Origin: Octopus vulgaris
Lineage: Eukaryota
DNA length: 64,000 nucleotides
Direction: 5' to 3'
NCBI GenBank assembly: GCA_951406725.2
Contig: OX597827.1
Location: forward strand, 26,660,001-26,724,000
Positions 1-14,419 of this stretch are shown in pieces. Both the position numbers and the translations under genes were made by a program. The notes under the pieces are model-generated. The model was not told where the DNA came from and ran no database searches. It worked only from the letters and a program-made list of their open reading frames with translations. How positions within the stretch are numbered: the stretch's first letter is position 1; each line of letters opens with the position of its first letter.

Positions 1-29
1 GAGAGAGCGTGTCTGTGTTATATATATAC

Positions 30-86
<57 letters not shown>

Positions 87-140
87 TATACACACACACA
101 CATATATATATGCATATATATATAAATATATATATACATG

Positions 141-174
<34 letters not shown>

Positions 175-199
175 CATGTATATATACATATACACATGC

Positions 200-248
<49 letters not shown>

Positions 249-568
249 AATATGCATGTATATGTATATATATGTATCTGATCGTTTGTCCATCGTATTT
301 CCTTTTCTTTCTCTCTTTTGTCTTTTTCTTTCTTTCCTGTCTAGTTTCAATGTTCTTCCGGGAGTATAACTGAAATTCGATGAAATAAGCAGGAAATGTT
401 TCGAGATATTTCTTCCACTTCATCTACTTCTATATATTTTCCATATTCCAATATTCAACCATTCCAAGATTCAAAGGTGGCGGGGTGAAAGCAATATACT
501 GATATGAATACAAATTACCTGCTTTCGGTCTACGTTTCTGTATATATATAAATATATATATATATATA

Positions 569-835
569 CTAGCAGTATCGCCCGGCGTTGCTCGGGTTTG
601 TAAGGGAAATAACTATATAAGCATTTTTAGAGAGTTACTTCCCTTATATAATAGCAAAATTTTTTTTTTAAATCGTAGACTCATCGTAGACGCGCGCTAA
701 TACCCAGAAGGGTTTGATATGAATCATGACTATAAGATACCCGCTTTTGGTTAAACTGCACCACAAAATGTGGGAGTAGTTAGGAATCTAAATCGTAGGA
801 GACAGACACTCACACAACTTCACTTTTATATATAA

Positions 836-838
<3 letters not shown>
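569..838 (-). mobile_element. Non-autonomous Helitron
   Basis: Minus strand starts TC (838) and ends CTAG (572-569), inserted between A and T. Hairpin CCCGAGCAACGCCGGG (596-581) lies 8 nt before CTAG. Sits in (TA)n. Confidence 0.7.
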
Positions 839-896
<58 letters not shown>

Positions 897-944
897 TGTA
901 TGTATGTATGTATGTATGTATGTATGTATGTATGCATCTTTTCC

Positions 945-1115
945 TTGCATTAATCACTGGACTGCGGCCATGCTGAGGTACTGCATTTCCGTACGAATTT
1001 GTTTTCAGAGCCTTGTACTTATTTTATGTTTTTTCTTTGCGAACCGCTAAGTTGCATTTGTGTAAACAAATCCATATCGGTTACCAAGCGGTGATGGCTG
1101 ACCTACACAAACCCC

Positions 1116-1118
<3 letters not shown>
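945..1118 (-). mobile_element. SINE family B, degraded 3' half
   Basis: Reverse complement resembles the 3' part of the 10947-11356 copy (cagcatggccgcagt, cttagcggttcg). Confidence 0.55.
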
Positions 1119-1149
<31 letters not shown>

Positions 1150-1334
1150 AGCACGGGCACACATACACGCACACTCACTCATACAAATACCCACGCACAC
1201 GTATACACACATGTATGATATAGTCAGACAGATACATAACAGTCAGACAGACAGGCAGACAGATAGGTGATACAGGAGTCATACAGCGTGGAATAATTCG
1301 TCGGTAAAATAAATTTCTAATAAGGTACAAATGC

Positions 1335-1344
1335 CAATAATAAA

Positions 1345-1443
<99 letters not shown>

Positions 1444-1487
1444 AAGAAGAAGAAGAAGAAGAAGAAGAAGAAGAAGAAGAAGAAGAA
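1335..1487. repeat. Compound microsatellite (AAT)n(AAG)n
   Basis: Directly visible. Confidence 0.95.
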
Positions 1488-1913
1488 GGAGGATACCAAC
1501 AAAACAGCAACAACAATTTCTTTTGGTTTCCGGGTCAGAAAACAATATGATGTCTGCAGTGGATAATACTGTCCCAATACTGACCCAGTTCTGATAAAAG
1601 AAAGAAGAGAGAGAAAAAGGAAAAACAGATCTTCCTATTAAGGGCCGTTTGTAATGCGTATTTAAGAAGTATGGCGGCCGAAAATTGTATTAAATTTATC
1701 TGTCTGCGTTACTTTATCAATCATATATCAATCATATATAAGTGTACTGGATCGATTCTGAATATCGAACAGAAACATTAAGCTGAAACGAAAGTAAAAT
1801 GTAAAAAAAAAAATGAGCTGTTCCTTAAAAAAAAAAAATAATAATAACATCCGTTGTGTTTGTTTGATCAAGCGGAATATGAAGAGCGAACTTCAAATGA
1901 AATGATACTTTGG

Positions 1914-1961
<48 letters not shown>

Positions 1962-2354
1962 TATGCATGTATGTATGTATGTATGTATGTAAGTATGTAT
2001 GTATGTGCGTATATGTATATATGTATGTATGTATGCATGTGTGTATGTATGTATGTGTGCGCATGCATGTGCCTGTATGTATGTATGTATGTATGTATGT
2101 ATGTATGTATGTATGTATGTATGTATGAGTGTATATATGCTTGTGTGTGTAAATGTGTGTGCGTAAATATATTCTATATGTGTGTATATGTATATATACA
2201 CACAAATACACACACACATATATATGTATATATATGTGCACATATATACAAAATAGGTGTGTGTTTGTGTATGATTATCTTTGATATATACGTGTCTCTG
2301 TGAGCCTGTTTGTGTGTGTGTGATTGTGCATTGTTGTATGTACTATATATATAC

Positions 2355-2389
<35 letters not shown>

Positions 2390-3037
2390 TACGTACATAC
2401 ATATGAATATATTATGTATATGTACATACAAATACATACATATATATATAGTGTGTGCCTGTGTATACATATATACTTATACATACGCATATATATATAT
2501 ATATGCATATATTTGTATATATATATAATATGGATGTGTGTATATGTGTATATGCATATGTGTGTGTGCATACATACAAAATTAGAAGCAATAAGTGGAT
2601 GTGTGAGGAGGAAGTTGGGAGGAGGGTGTATAATGAATATGCGCAATGAAGAGAAGCCGTCAGTGATCAATTGTTGACATGGTGATTGATTTTTGTTCGA
2701 TAAAAATACAGCAAACTCTGCTTTATTTTATTGTCTTTATAGTTTTTATTTTTATATATTTATTTAGGTTTTTGTTCTTTTTTCAATGGCCGTTCTGCAA
2801 GATTAGAACATATTGCAGGAAACAAAAGCCAGCCAGAGTATTTTGGGACAACCGTGGGTGGAGCACGGAAAAAAAATTGTAGGAGTAAGAGGTGTATGAG
2901 AGAAAGGGGAGAAGGAGGGATGGGGGTGGGAGGAAGAAGGAAAGAGGGAGAGGGAGACATGGTATCAGAAATAGCTAGATAGATTGATAGAGAGAGAGGG
3001 GAGAGACGGAAAGAAAGAAAGATAGATAGACAGACAC

Positions 3038-3098
<61 letters not shown>

Positions 3099-4102
3099 CA
3101 TAGATACATACATACATACATACATACATACATACATACATACATACATAGCTTGAAAGAGAGAGAGAGAAAAAGAGGTAAATAGACAGACAAATAGATA
3201 GATAGATTGAAAGAGAGATAGAGAGAAAGATAAATGCTAATCTGAACGAGTAGGTATTTCAGTTGATCTAGCGACAGAGTATTCCTCGTGAAAACCGACG
3301 GCAGATTTCAACATTCTCACGTTCGTTGATTTCCTACGTTCGCCTTACATATAATGTATAAAGGTAACGAGCTTTCACATCGGTAAAAGACAGAGACTTG
3401 AGAAAAGGAAATTATCGAATTGAAATGCATTTAATCGAACGATAAAGGATTAAATGGTTTCAGAGCGAATTTGAACTCAAAATTTAAAGGATCGTAATTT
3501 AATACTGCAAGCCAATTCTGTTGATGGTGATACTAAGAAATGACTCTACGGATTTTATCGAATCACATCCTACCTTCTTAACGAAAAGTGGACACATTAG
3601 CCATAAAGGGATACACACATTGGTCAATGTAGTACGAAGTGCACCAAAAGATATGGTGTCTTGGTTGAAATACATTTGAACCTATCTTTGTTATACAGAA
3701 CTGATCGGGAGTACAACTACAACGAAAAGGAGTACGTCTTCTCTGGGGAGCAGTCAACAAACAATGAAACAACTCATTTGGCAACTCCCTCCCTCTTTTA
3801 TCAGACATCAACAACATGGAAAGATATATTTAATGACGAGTCAGCAAAAGCACATATATGCAAATTAAGTTTTCTGTTAATGAACCAGCCTAATTTATGG
3901 ATCCTTTAGACAGTGCCTGATCAATGATCTTCAAGGGGAAGAATTCAAGGTGTTTTCTCTGGAAAGCAGTCAACAAACTGTGGAGCGGAGCGACAGGAGT
4001 CTCCCCTCCTTTGCTTTTTTTGCGTACATAAAGCACGTAAAAAACTGTATTTATATTTCCAATTAACACGCGGTGAGGCCTTCTAATATTTAATTTATTC
4101 CA

Positions 4103-4503
4103 AAGGCGGCGAGCTGGCAGAAACGTTAGCACGCCGAGCGAAATGCTTAGCAGTATTTCGTCTGCCGCTGCGTTCTGAGTTCAAATTCCGTCGAGGTCCA
4201 CTTTGCTTTTCATCCTTTCGCGGTCGATAAATTAAGTACCTGTTACGCACTGGGGTCGATATAATCGACTTAATCCTTTTGTCTGTTCTTGTTTGTCCCC
4301 TCTGTGTGTAGCCCCTTGTGGGTAGTAAAGAAATATGTATTTCGTCTGCCGTTACGTTCTGAGTTCAAATTCCGCTGAGGTCGACTTTGCCTTTCATCCT
4401 TTCGATGTCGATCAATTAAGCACCAGTTGCGTAGTGGGGTCAATCTAATCGGCTGGGCCTCTCTCCAAAAATTTCGGGCCTTATGCCTAGAGTAGAAAGG
4501 AAT
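4103..4503 (+). mobile_element. tRNA-derived SINE family A, internally duplicated form
   Basis: Head ggcggcgagctggcagaa, B-box-like gagttcaaattc, core gactttgcctttcatcctttcggggtcgataaa (resembles the Meta-SINE domain). The core occurs twice; many copies in the window. Confidence 0.85.
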
Positions 4504-6849
4504 ATTTGATTTATGCCAGTTCATCTTTGCCGTTCGTGAAAAATATATTGTTGGAATAAGTGATAGATTGAAAAAAGTACGAATATGCAAATTAATCAAT
4601 CCACTACTGTGCTAGCCTAATTTATAGCTATATTATACGACAGTTGACCAGTGATATTTATGAGGAAGGATGCCGGTTACGTCTTCTCTGAAAAACGGTT
4701 AATAAACCGTGAGCCGGTCCATTACGAAACTGCATCCCACTTTTTCTGCACTTTAGTAGCCTCAGAAACGACACATTTACATTTTTAGCGTATCCATGGT
4801 GAGGAATCTTGTCGTTTGGATAGGTTTATACATGTAAATCATAGATCGTACCCTGTCACACGCCGCGACTAATCGATTCTGCTTTAAAATTGCATTGAGG
4901 GCACAGGTGTCCATGGAATACTCAACCACTTATATGTTAATTCAATTGGTAGGTGATTTAGTTGATCAAAAAATTGACTGTCCGTAATAGAAAATGACGG
5001 AGGTCCACTCCTTTTAACCATGAATGTTTTTTTTTGTTTTGTTTTTAAATGGAGTTCATACAACAGCACGTATCTGTCAAGGTCCCTGAACTGAAGATGA
5101 CTTCGTCCGTCGGTCTCAGAGGCCCCGGCAACGTTCATGGACATTGACCTTTTTCATTTGACGAAGCCATAACATAATTTATTGTCACTGATTGTCAATC
5201 GATCATACCTTGTTCCAAGCAAAATATCGACTATGTGTGTCTTTAGAACGAAATCAATATTAGTCGTATTAAAAAACAATAAACTCGCATCAAATAAAGA
5301 CAATAAAATAGAGAAAAATACCATCGAAATTATATTTACTGATATTTTGTTGCCCAAATTTGTCATTCTCTTGAGTTTGTTTCCACTGAAGAACTACAAG
5401 AATTGTGCTTCGTTTAAACAAATGAAATTCTTAAATTTGACTTGACAAAGAACAAAAAGCAAAGCAAAAGAAAAAAATCAAGAAGAAAAACAAATGAAAT
5501 ATCAATAAATTGGAGATCAATAAACGTTCAATCGATCTGACTTTAAAAATATTCTTTCAAAACAAAACTTCGAGCTTTGATTGAATGAGAGGAGAACGCA
5601 CCTTGGTATTGTATTAAAAGAAAGAGAAAATATTTTCTCAGTCGAAATGAAAATACAAAAAAAAAAAAAACTGTGAAAAATACGGTTCACAAGAATAGTT
5701 CAAGGCGCATTTCATTCTTCTTCCTCTAATAAATGCTCTTCCGGTTATTTCAAATTAGTATCGGTGTGGGTTTTTTCGACCACTTCCGCTCAAAGTTACT
5801 CAAATCAAGCCGAATCGAATTTTATTATTTCTTGTAGAGACAGACGCATGGCTTCGTATTTACAAGCTGAAGGGAAATGAGATTGTGTGATGTTTTTTGT
5901 AGTTGCAACTGCTGTTATTAATGTTTAGCCCTCGGTCAGCCTTGACCCAGATGACCTGTTAATAAATTGTAATCACCACTCTTTAATAAATCATGCATAG
6001 TGTGTATCAGGCACAACATTATCAAGTGTTCTTTCTTAATTTGAGGAATATCTGGTTGATTTTTTTCCCCAGCAGAACAAGTGACTGCCAAGACAATTCC
6101 CTCGATCGTCTGACGTTAAGACATTTTCAGAATAGCAGCATTGAAGGTTTGATAATTACACTCATGAATCGAAACTAGATCTCAGAGCTTACTTTAATTC
6201 ACAGCTATCTTATGTATTTTATGTATGTACCTTACCTCTAAACAGCTGGACGTCTTCGCCTTTTGGTAAGATGCTAGAGGCAGTATTACTCACTGACGTA
6301 ACCAGCAGCAGTACTGAGGCAGAGCTCATTATTTCGTCAACAAGCCGGAAACTACTTGTGGCAGGTATTGATATATCTAGAAGCAGATATACCTTGAAAT
6401 TAATTAAACGTCACGAAAACGAGAGCGAGGCTATGTTCTATTGATGTTTGTGATTGAAAAATATATTTGATCTCCCAGACTCCCTAATCCAAAGCTTAGC
6501 ATTACTTTGTGGTTGCAAATAAGAATAATGAGTATGTTACAACCTACAAGTGAAGCAAGTTTCTTGACTCAAGTTCCAAGATGTGTTAACTCTTATTTAT
6601 TCAATTGGTGCCCAGACTTTCGCCATTACATGGTGGGATTAGCATTATGGTATGAAGCATAAAACATTACGTATTAGCATCATTTGTGAAGGGTGAGCTT
6701 TTATCAAGTTGTTGGACGTTTTAAATGTTACTGGTTGGGGAGAAGTGCTATAGGGTAAGGGGAAGATAATATGTTGCGGGAATTTGAAGCCATGAAATTG
6801 TCAATGAAAGTGCTTTCAACTTTCGATGAGATTCTATTGTATATTGAAT

Positions 6850-8705
6850 GCAATCAAGCATTATTTCAGAGTTCACTTGTAATTCAAAAGCTGTGTAGCC
6901 ATCTTCTGTCCTGAAGGAGGAAATATGGTTTCAGTATTTATCTTTCAATGTGCATTTCATTATACCTAGATTGTTTTTATGTTGAATATTTCTGTTTAAT
7001 TTCGTGGCAGTGATACCTGCCATGGAGATAATTGCTTCATCATGTATGGCTAAAGGAGCAAGTATCTGTGTTTCTTCGTATGTTGTTAGCCTCAATTGCT
7101 TTGGTCCGTTTATTTCTTATTAAATACTTCAAGTTGATGGTGCAAATGCAACTTAGCCTTATATTATTTCTATTGGATGATATTCATTGATTAATAAGGT
7201 AGTGAGCTGGCACAATCGATGGCACGCCGGACAAACTGCTTAACTGCATTCGTTCGTCATTAAGTTCGAGTTCAAATTTCGCCCAAGTCGACTTACCCTT
7301 GCATTGGTTCGGTCTAGATAAAATTAGTATCAGTTGAATACTGGGATCGATGTAATCGATTCATCCCCTTCCCCAAACTGGTTGGCCTTGCACCAAAATT
7401 TGGTACCAATATCCACTGATTAGAAAGGCTGTGAGCTAGAAGAAACGTTAGCAAACCGGGCAAAATGCTAGACGGTATTTCGTCCATCTTTTTATCGACC
7501 ATCCGTCTCCCACCATATTCAGGCTTTGTATCGTTAGTAGAAAAGACAGTTATATGATAATGTGAATTCACCATCACCAAATAATCTATTTCGTTTGATT
7601 TCTGTTTTAGCGTATTTACGATGCTGTCCAGCATCCTCATATTAACTTGAAACAAACTTGTGTACTCTGATTTTAAAGTCAGGCAAAATGTTTATTTTCT
7701 AAGGTCTTTGTTTTCCATGAAATCTCAGTCATATCTCCATCCATTTACATTTTACTTATGTTCTTACATATCTTAGCAAATTCTGCGGAGTGGAAGTTTC
7801 ACATAGAAGGTTATATTACTGTTGCTATTTATTTCTATTTAAGTAAAACGTGTCAAGTTTTTTATTATTCATGGAGGAGATGATAGTGGCTAGTTTATGT
7901 GTCAGACTATAACCTATTCTTATTGTTCTATTAATGATTTCCCAGTATTTATTTTTCCTTTTATAATTGTTCATTAGTTTAATGATTGTTTTTACTAAGT
8001 TGTTTTTAATTTGCAAAGCATATGGTAATATTAACCATACAGTATCGTTTCCTTTGTTCGTATGATTAGGATTATTGTTCTTTGGTCTATTGTTATTATT
8101 TGGGCAATAATTATTATTAATATTAACAATATTGATGTTATACCCATCATTAGTATTACTATTGTTATCACTATTAATGGCGCTGATGACGGGTGCCAGT
8201 TTAAGATTTCTTATGTTGTTCATTTTATTCTTCTTATATCTGTGTGTGTTTCTAGAATTTATATAGTTATTTTTAATTCCTTTATCATTTCTATCAATGT
8301 TCGCATCATAGGTATTCATATTATTTTCATTATTACGGGAAAGTATTTCCTTTCATCCTTACACCCTGCATTTTAATGTGCTGCATTATACTTATCCTTG
8401 TGTTTATCAAATATCACTTCATTTGAGGAAAGATTGGAGATTCTTTTGCTTATATTTCTTAAAAGGGCTCTTTAAATTTGTTGGGGAAGGTTACTGAAAT
8501 TGTTCATATACTTTAAAATAGAGTTCTTTTTCATAGACGGTTCATGTAGTCCTTTTCAAGTTACAGTTTGTGTCTAAATAGTTCATGGAGTAATTTTCAT
8601 TTTCTATAGTAAAGGAGAGACCAAATCTACTGAAAAACTCACGTAGGCGTTTCTTTAATAATTCTAGGTACCTATAAGTGATTTCTAACTATAAAGAGTG
8701 TGTTG
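6850..8705 (-). mobile_element. Degenerate Penelope-like retroelement (RT C-terminus, linker, GIY-YIG remnant)
   Basis: Minus translation ~8670-8360 gives LKKRLREFFSRFGLSFTIENENYSMNYLD...ISKRISNLSSNEVIFD. ORF 7825-8319 has VWLILPY...IINRTIRIGYS. ~6975-6910 gives LGIMKCTLKDKY*NHISSF, like YVGLTEGNFKARFNNHTLSF at 42.9 kb. Interrupted by SINE A. Confidence 0.75.
7197..7490 (+). mobile_element. SINE family A, diverged copy plus a second head
   Basis: gagctggcacaatc...gagttcaaatttcgcc...gtcgactt; a second head gagctagaagaaacgttagca at ~7432. Confidence 0.7.
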
Positions 8706-8832
8706 TTCACATACAGATCTCCTCTTAATTCTTGGAATTCTCTGTTTATAATACAGTTTTATATTTAAGAGATGAGGAATTATGTACATTATTTACATTC
8801 GACGGATATTTGTCCTCATCTTGTTTGTTGTT

Positions 8833-8878
8833 AACACAACGTTTCGACTGATAAACCATCCAGCCTTCATCAGGTGTC
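8833..8878 (-). ncRNA. Minimal type-I hammerhead ribozyme motif (canonical core)
   Basis: Minus strand: stem I GACAC/GUGUU, CUGAUGA+A, stem II GGCUG/CAGUC, GAAA, palindromic stem III ACGU, GUU triplet. Lies within a ~8760-8925 repeat. Confidence 0.75.
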
Positions 8879-8930
8879 TTGCGGAAATTTCGAATCTGGA
8901 TTCTCATTCCTAAAGTATTTTACGATGTTG

Positions 8931-8973
<43 letters not shown>

Positions 8974-9091
8974 GTAAATATACATACACAATTATAGTTG
9001 TGTATATATATATATATAAACGGCGGTGCATCAGCATGGCCGCAGCTCTGAGCTGAAACAAGCAATATATATATATATATATATATATATG

Positions 9092-9302
9092 CAGTAATCC
9101 CTGACTATCGCGGGTTTTACGTTTCAAAACTCACCGCGATAGCTGAAAATTGGCGAAGTAGAAACAGTACTCTATATATTTTTTTTAATATAATTTGTAC
9201 ATATTTATTTTATTATATATGCAAAGGAACACCGCAGAGGAATTGACCTAGGCTTATATAATAAGCCGTGATAGGTGAACCGCAATATGGCGAGGGACTA
9301 TC
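9092..9302. mobile_element. Tigger/pogo-like MITE
   Basis: Imperfect TIRs cagtaatccct.../...cgagggacta in a TA-rich context. Confidence 0.45.
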
Positions 9303-9615
9303 ATATATATAATATGTATGTGCCTACGTATGTATTTATGTCGGTATGTATCAGTAAACGAGCATGCTCGCAGACGTATTATAACGCAAAAGCAAGGACA
9401 TGCATACACACACACATAGCGATACAGTCCTAACAGAATGACAGAAAAATACATTAGGAACCCCTCCACCTAAACACGAATACCGATAGAGTGAAGAAGT
9501 CCTTCTTTTATAAAGTAGGAAGTACTATTGAAGGACCTCCATTTTTTGGTTTTATATTGTATTTCGCTAGAAATACTTAGATACCTTTTGGAGAGTGAGG
9601 GTTGTTCTCTTTTTC

Positions 9616-9669
<54 letters not shown>

Positions 9670-10026
9670 AACGCTTTCTTATCCAATGGACGGTTTGTCT
9701 CAAACCAGAGATAAAATCGCGTTGGTCAACAAGCAACAATGTCTCCCTTACGAACATAATGTGTTCTTCACTTTGAACAGGATGGAGAAATGAGATGGAG
9801 AAATCCGGCGAGAGTTTATTTCCGTAAAATAGATACTTGAATCTGATTGGTGGGTTGGTTGAATTGTTCTCACCGTCGGAACAAAAATGGCTAGTGGTGT
9901 TTAGGTATGTCCGACTACGTTCTGAGTTCAAATCACGTCGAGGTCCAGTTTAGCATTCATCTTTACTGGGTCATTTAAATGAAATACCAGCTACGTAATG
10001 GAGTCAGTTTGTAGAGCAAAAAATTC

Positions 10027-10090
<64 letters not shown>

Positions 10091-10464
10091 CTTTCCATAT
10101 TTGTTTTCGTTCGGCTTCTTTGTATGTCTCAACTGTCATTTATTGGTTCCCAATTTGACCCTTCATAAATCCTAAATTTTGTTTTAGAATTTTTGGGACC
10201 AACTGTCTTTGAAGACTCATATCGTCGTTGAATGATCGACATGAAGAGTAGATAGACAGCCGACAACTGATGAAGGGCCGTTTCACTGTATTTACTTGTC
10301 TTGTTTTCCTTTTTTTTCTCGTTGTTTACGTATTTCACTCATTTCTCCCTCGTTTGTTTATGTACTTCATGTTATTTGCATCGTTGGTGACGTCCTGTAC
10401 CCATATATGCAGGTACACACACACACACACACACACACACATTATACATACATACATACATATA

Positions 10465-10860
10465 TGGCTGTGTGGTAAGAAACTTCCTTCCCCACCAAAT
10501 ACTTCCGCCTTCAGTCCCACTGCATGTCACCTTGTGTATGTGTCTTCTACTATAGCATCGGGCCGACCGAAGCCTTGTAAGTGGATTTCGTACACGGAAA
10601 CTGTAAGAACCCTGTTGTATATATATATATATATATATATATGTGCGCGTGTTTGTGTCTGTGTCTTTCTGTCTGTGTTGTCGACCAATCATCGCTTGAC
10701 AAACAATGTTGGTGTTTACATCGCTGTGACCAAACGTTTCGGCCAGAATGCCCGATAGAATAAGTACCAGGCTTACAAAGAATAAGTCCTGGGGTCTATT
10801 TCTACGAATAAAGGTGGTGCTCCAGCATGGCCACAGCCCAAGAGCTGAAACTGGAAAACA
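10465..10860 (+). mobile_element. SINE family B
   Basis: Colinear with the 10947-11356 copy. Confidence 0.8.
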
Positions 10861-10946
10861 TATAAAACATAAAACATGTATATATATATATATATATACA
10901 TACATACATACATACATACATAAATACATACATACATAGATACATA

Positions 10947-11356
10947 GGCGTAGGAGTGGCTGTGTGGTAAGTAGCTTGCTTATGAACCGCATGGTGCTGG
11001 GTTCAGTCCCACTGCGTGACACCTTGGGAAAGTGTCTTCTACTATAGCCTCGAGCCAAAGCCTTGTGTATGGATTTGGTAGACGGAAACTGAAAGAATCC
11101 CATCGTATATATGTATATATACATATATGTATGTGTATGTGTTTGTGTCTATGTTTGTGTGTCCGTGTTTGTCCCCCAACATCGCTTGTCAACCGGGGAC
11201 GTGTGTTTACGTCCCTGTAACTTAGCGGTTCGGCAAAAGAAACCGATAGAATAAGTACTAGGCTTACAAAGAACATGTCCTGGGGTCGATTTGCTCGACT
11301 AAAGTCGGTGCTCCAGCATAGCCACAGTCAAATGACTGAAACAAGTAAAAGAGTAA
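10947..11356 (+). mobile_element. tRNA-derived SINE family B, full length
   Basis: tggctgtgtggtaag and gggttcagtccc boxes, CORE-like accttgggaaagtgtctt, internal TA/TG tract, 3' tail ggtgctccagcatagccacagtcaaatgactgaaac. Confidence 0.85.
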
Positions 11357-11543
11357 ATGCTTTCTCTGGTCATTTCTCCACTTTAAAAATTAGCTGTTTA
11401 TAATTTATTAGGTGTTTATAAAAATGTGATTCTGATAGGAGTGCCTCCCTTAAAAACAGTTTTTCGCCTGAAAATATAGTCTTATTCTCTGCGCAAGCAG
11501 AACTGTGTATTACACATATGCGCGCGCATACACTTACATATAC

Positions 11544-11600
<57 letters not shown>

Positions 11601-11601
<1 letters not shown>

Positions 11602-11745
11602 GACGGGCTTCTTTCAGTTTCCGTTTGTAAAATCCCCTCTTGCTGTTTCGATCGTCCCGTGACTATATTAGTTGTTTAGGCCCACAATCCAAGCAGCTGA
11701 GCAGTGGGTCTGAACCCGGTATCATGCATTTGGGAAGCACCTATC
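11601..11745 (-). mobile_element. SINE family B, 5' part
   Basis: cgacgggcttctttcagtttccgt...gcagtgggtctgaacccgg is the reverse complement of the family head. Confidence 0.6.
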
Positions 11746-12915
11746 TACTCATGTATGTACGTACGTATGTATGGCTGGATGGATGGGTAGATATATGCAT
11801 AGGTGTCTGGATGGGTGGATGGGTGGATGGGTGGATGGGTGGATGGATTGATAGATGGATGGATGCATGTTTTTATGTTTACAATTTTTTTTCTTTGCAG
11901 CAGTTGATCTCGAAGCACATAGATCTATAAACAAAAGCGTGTATGTACTGGGTTGAAAAATCCTTTGGGGCAAAATTAAGCCCAAGACTTGAACATCAAA
12001 CCACGTCTTCTGGAGACATGATAACCTTCAACAAATAGGTTTATCAAACCAATATTTACATTTATTTATTTATAGCTTTACGTGCTTCGAGAATTGTTTC
12101 ACATTCTTATAAATCCTCATGGCTTTTTAAATACATATGTGTTTGTGTGCACGTGCAAGTTTCTGGCTGATTTCTGTCTATCGATCTGTCTGTCTATCAA
12201 TCTGCTTGTCTGTCTGTCTGTCTGTCTGTAAGTATGGATGGATGGATGTATAGATTTATGTATGCATGTATGTATAATCACAGATTCTCTATATTTTGGA
12301 TAAAGAGCATTATAAAGATGCTGCCAGTTTTCAGTTAATCTGGAATTTCTCCCTTATTTTCTTTGCGTTTAAGCAGTTTAGAAGAATTTTCTAGATGCAT
12401 TTTATAAAAATGTTTACAATAAACAAAAATAACAAAAATAAAAATAAAAAAACACAAAGAAAGAAAAGGAAAAAGAAAAGAAAATATCGTAATCGAACCA
12501 AAAATTGAATTTTATGCTTAGCTATTTTTTCGGTTTTCTGAGCAAAATTAGTTTGTGTTTTTAATCCTTCACTAATTTACATAATTACTGTAAATGAGTT
12601 ATTTTTCTAATCAGTTACTTTACTCACTGCTTAGTGAAGTGCTTCTGGTTATACTAAACTCTTTGTTTTCTCGGTGTGCTTTTTATTTTAGCTATTGGAA
12701 ATATCAGAAAATTAAGTGTAAAACCGTTTCATTAAATAGATGTCTCTACGCAAAATGTGGGTTTCTAGGGCAAAAATGATGCCTACAACTTAGCGCAATG
12801 CATAAAACACGTTTTCTGTTTTAGAGAGTTCTGTTCAATAAAGTTTTAGTCTTCATTTTCTGATGTTTTCAATATATTTTAAAAACTACTGAGGAAATAA
12901 AGAGAACTGTGTACC

Positions 12916-12970
<55 letters not shown>

Positions 12971-13131
12971 TGTGTTTATACTTCCTTAATTTATCCCTCC
13001 TCTTTCTATAGGCTACCTCTGACGTTATATCCTATAACGTTTTTTCAAACAATATTAATAGCGTTCAGTTAATCACTATACATATCCATCATTTTCTGTT
13101 AAAATGTATTTTTGACGAGTTTCATTTCTTC

Positions 13132-13220
13132 ACTTGCCTGAAGAGAAGATTACATTGTTTTACACCATTTTATTCCTTTGGAATAATAGCAGTGATATCT
13201 TCGAAACATGTGTCGGAAGT
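13132..13220 (+). ncRNA. Type-I hammerhead motif with extended stem II
   Basis: Stem I ACUUGC/GGAAGU (1 mismatch), CUGAAGA 13138-13144, stem II GAAGAU/AUCUUC, GAAA 13203-13206, ACAUGUGUC stem III with GUC triplet. Confidence 0.7.
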
Positions 13221-14193
13221 AAAAGTATTTGAATTACACCTACGTTAAACTCCATCTATTTATTTTTATATTATACAAAATATTTAACGTAAATCTGAAG
13301 TTTCTACCTTTAAAAACAAGGAGTTACAACCTCTTTACTTGTGTGATTTTTTGTTGCCCTGATAACTATTTAGAAATTTGAATAATTTACTCTTCTAAAT
13401 TAACTTTCTTCATATTATAAAATATCGCCGTCTACTAAACCTATGAATATCTTCCTTCTTTGATTTTCCCTCTTCCATCTTTCTTAGTATATATTTTGAC
13501 CCCTAATATGTTCACTTGATTAATAAGGCTTTTCCCCCAGTTAATAAGTACTATGCCTACTTATAATAAGTGATAGCCTCTTTCTTCAAATTGAATAAAT
13601 TTTAGATTTATATTTTTTCCTTTATTCTAACTTGTCAAAGTACTTGGAACTTATAGACCAACTGTTGTGATGATGTGCATAGGGTTTGTAAGGTCTCTGA
13701 ATTCTCTGTGAATGTTATTGTGTCCATTTGACATTGACCTAGTTCTCCTAACGCCGAATCTGTTCATCAAATAGTAGTAATTGGCATTTAGTTGTGACAA
13801 TGCTGTTTTCTACATAAATTCCTTATATGGAGCTCTGACATGCCCTTTACCCAATTATTATAATTAGAAAATCTTTATTGTCTCCTTTCATTTGTTCTTC
13901 CCTCTCAGAACCTTACAGTAGTCTGGAACAACTGAATCTTAGTCAGCCAGTTGATGGGCTCCACTACCTCAAATGTTCTTAAAATTTAAATCCACATCTT
14001 TGTCTATATATCGACCTTCTCTAAAATGTTGCCACTTGATATGAAAAATTTTGTATTAATGGAAAACCTCTATAATTGGCTGATGAGTGCTCAACATTTT
14101 AAAACTGTTGTAATACTTACAGCATTTAATAAAATGATGTAGTAGGAAACGATCGTACAAAATTACCGGAGTCCTTCTTGTTGCTTATTTGGA

Positions 14194-14227
<34 letters not shown>

Positions 14228-14289
14228 CGCCTATTAATAATAATACTGTAATTGTTCCATTGTTGTTGTTTTTGTTTCCCGTTTGGATT

Positions 14290-14350
<61 letters not shown>

Positions 14351-14361
14351 TATATACACAT

Positions 14362-14419
<58 letters not shown>

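Noticed and set aside
3699-3860. Possible exon after ttatacag
   Set aside because: No convincing donor site and no recognisable protein similarity; cannot be excluded without RNA-seq.
10200-10290. CTGTCT/AGACAG stem with TTGAAGA, and nearby CTGATGA
   Set aside because: No correctly placed GAAA or stem III.
13300-14160. Possible retroelement coding remnant next to the 13.1 kb hammerhead
   Set aside because: No motif could be read with confidence.
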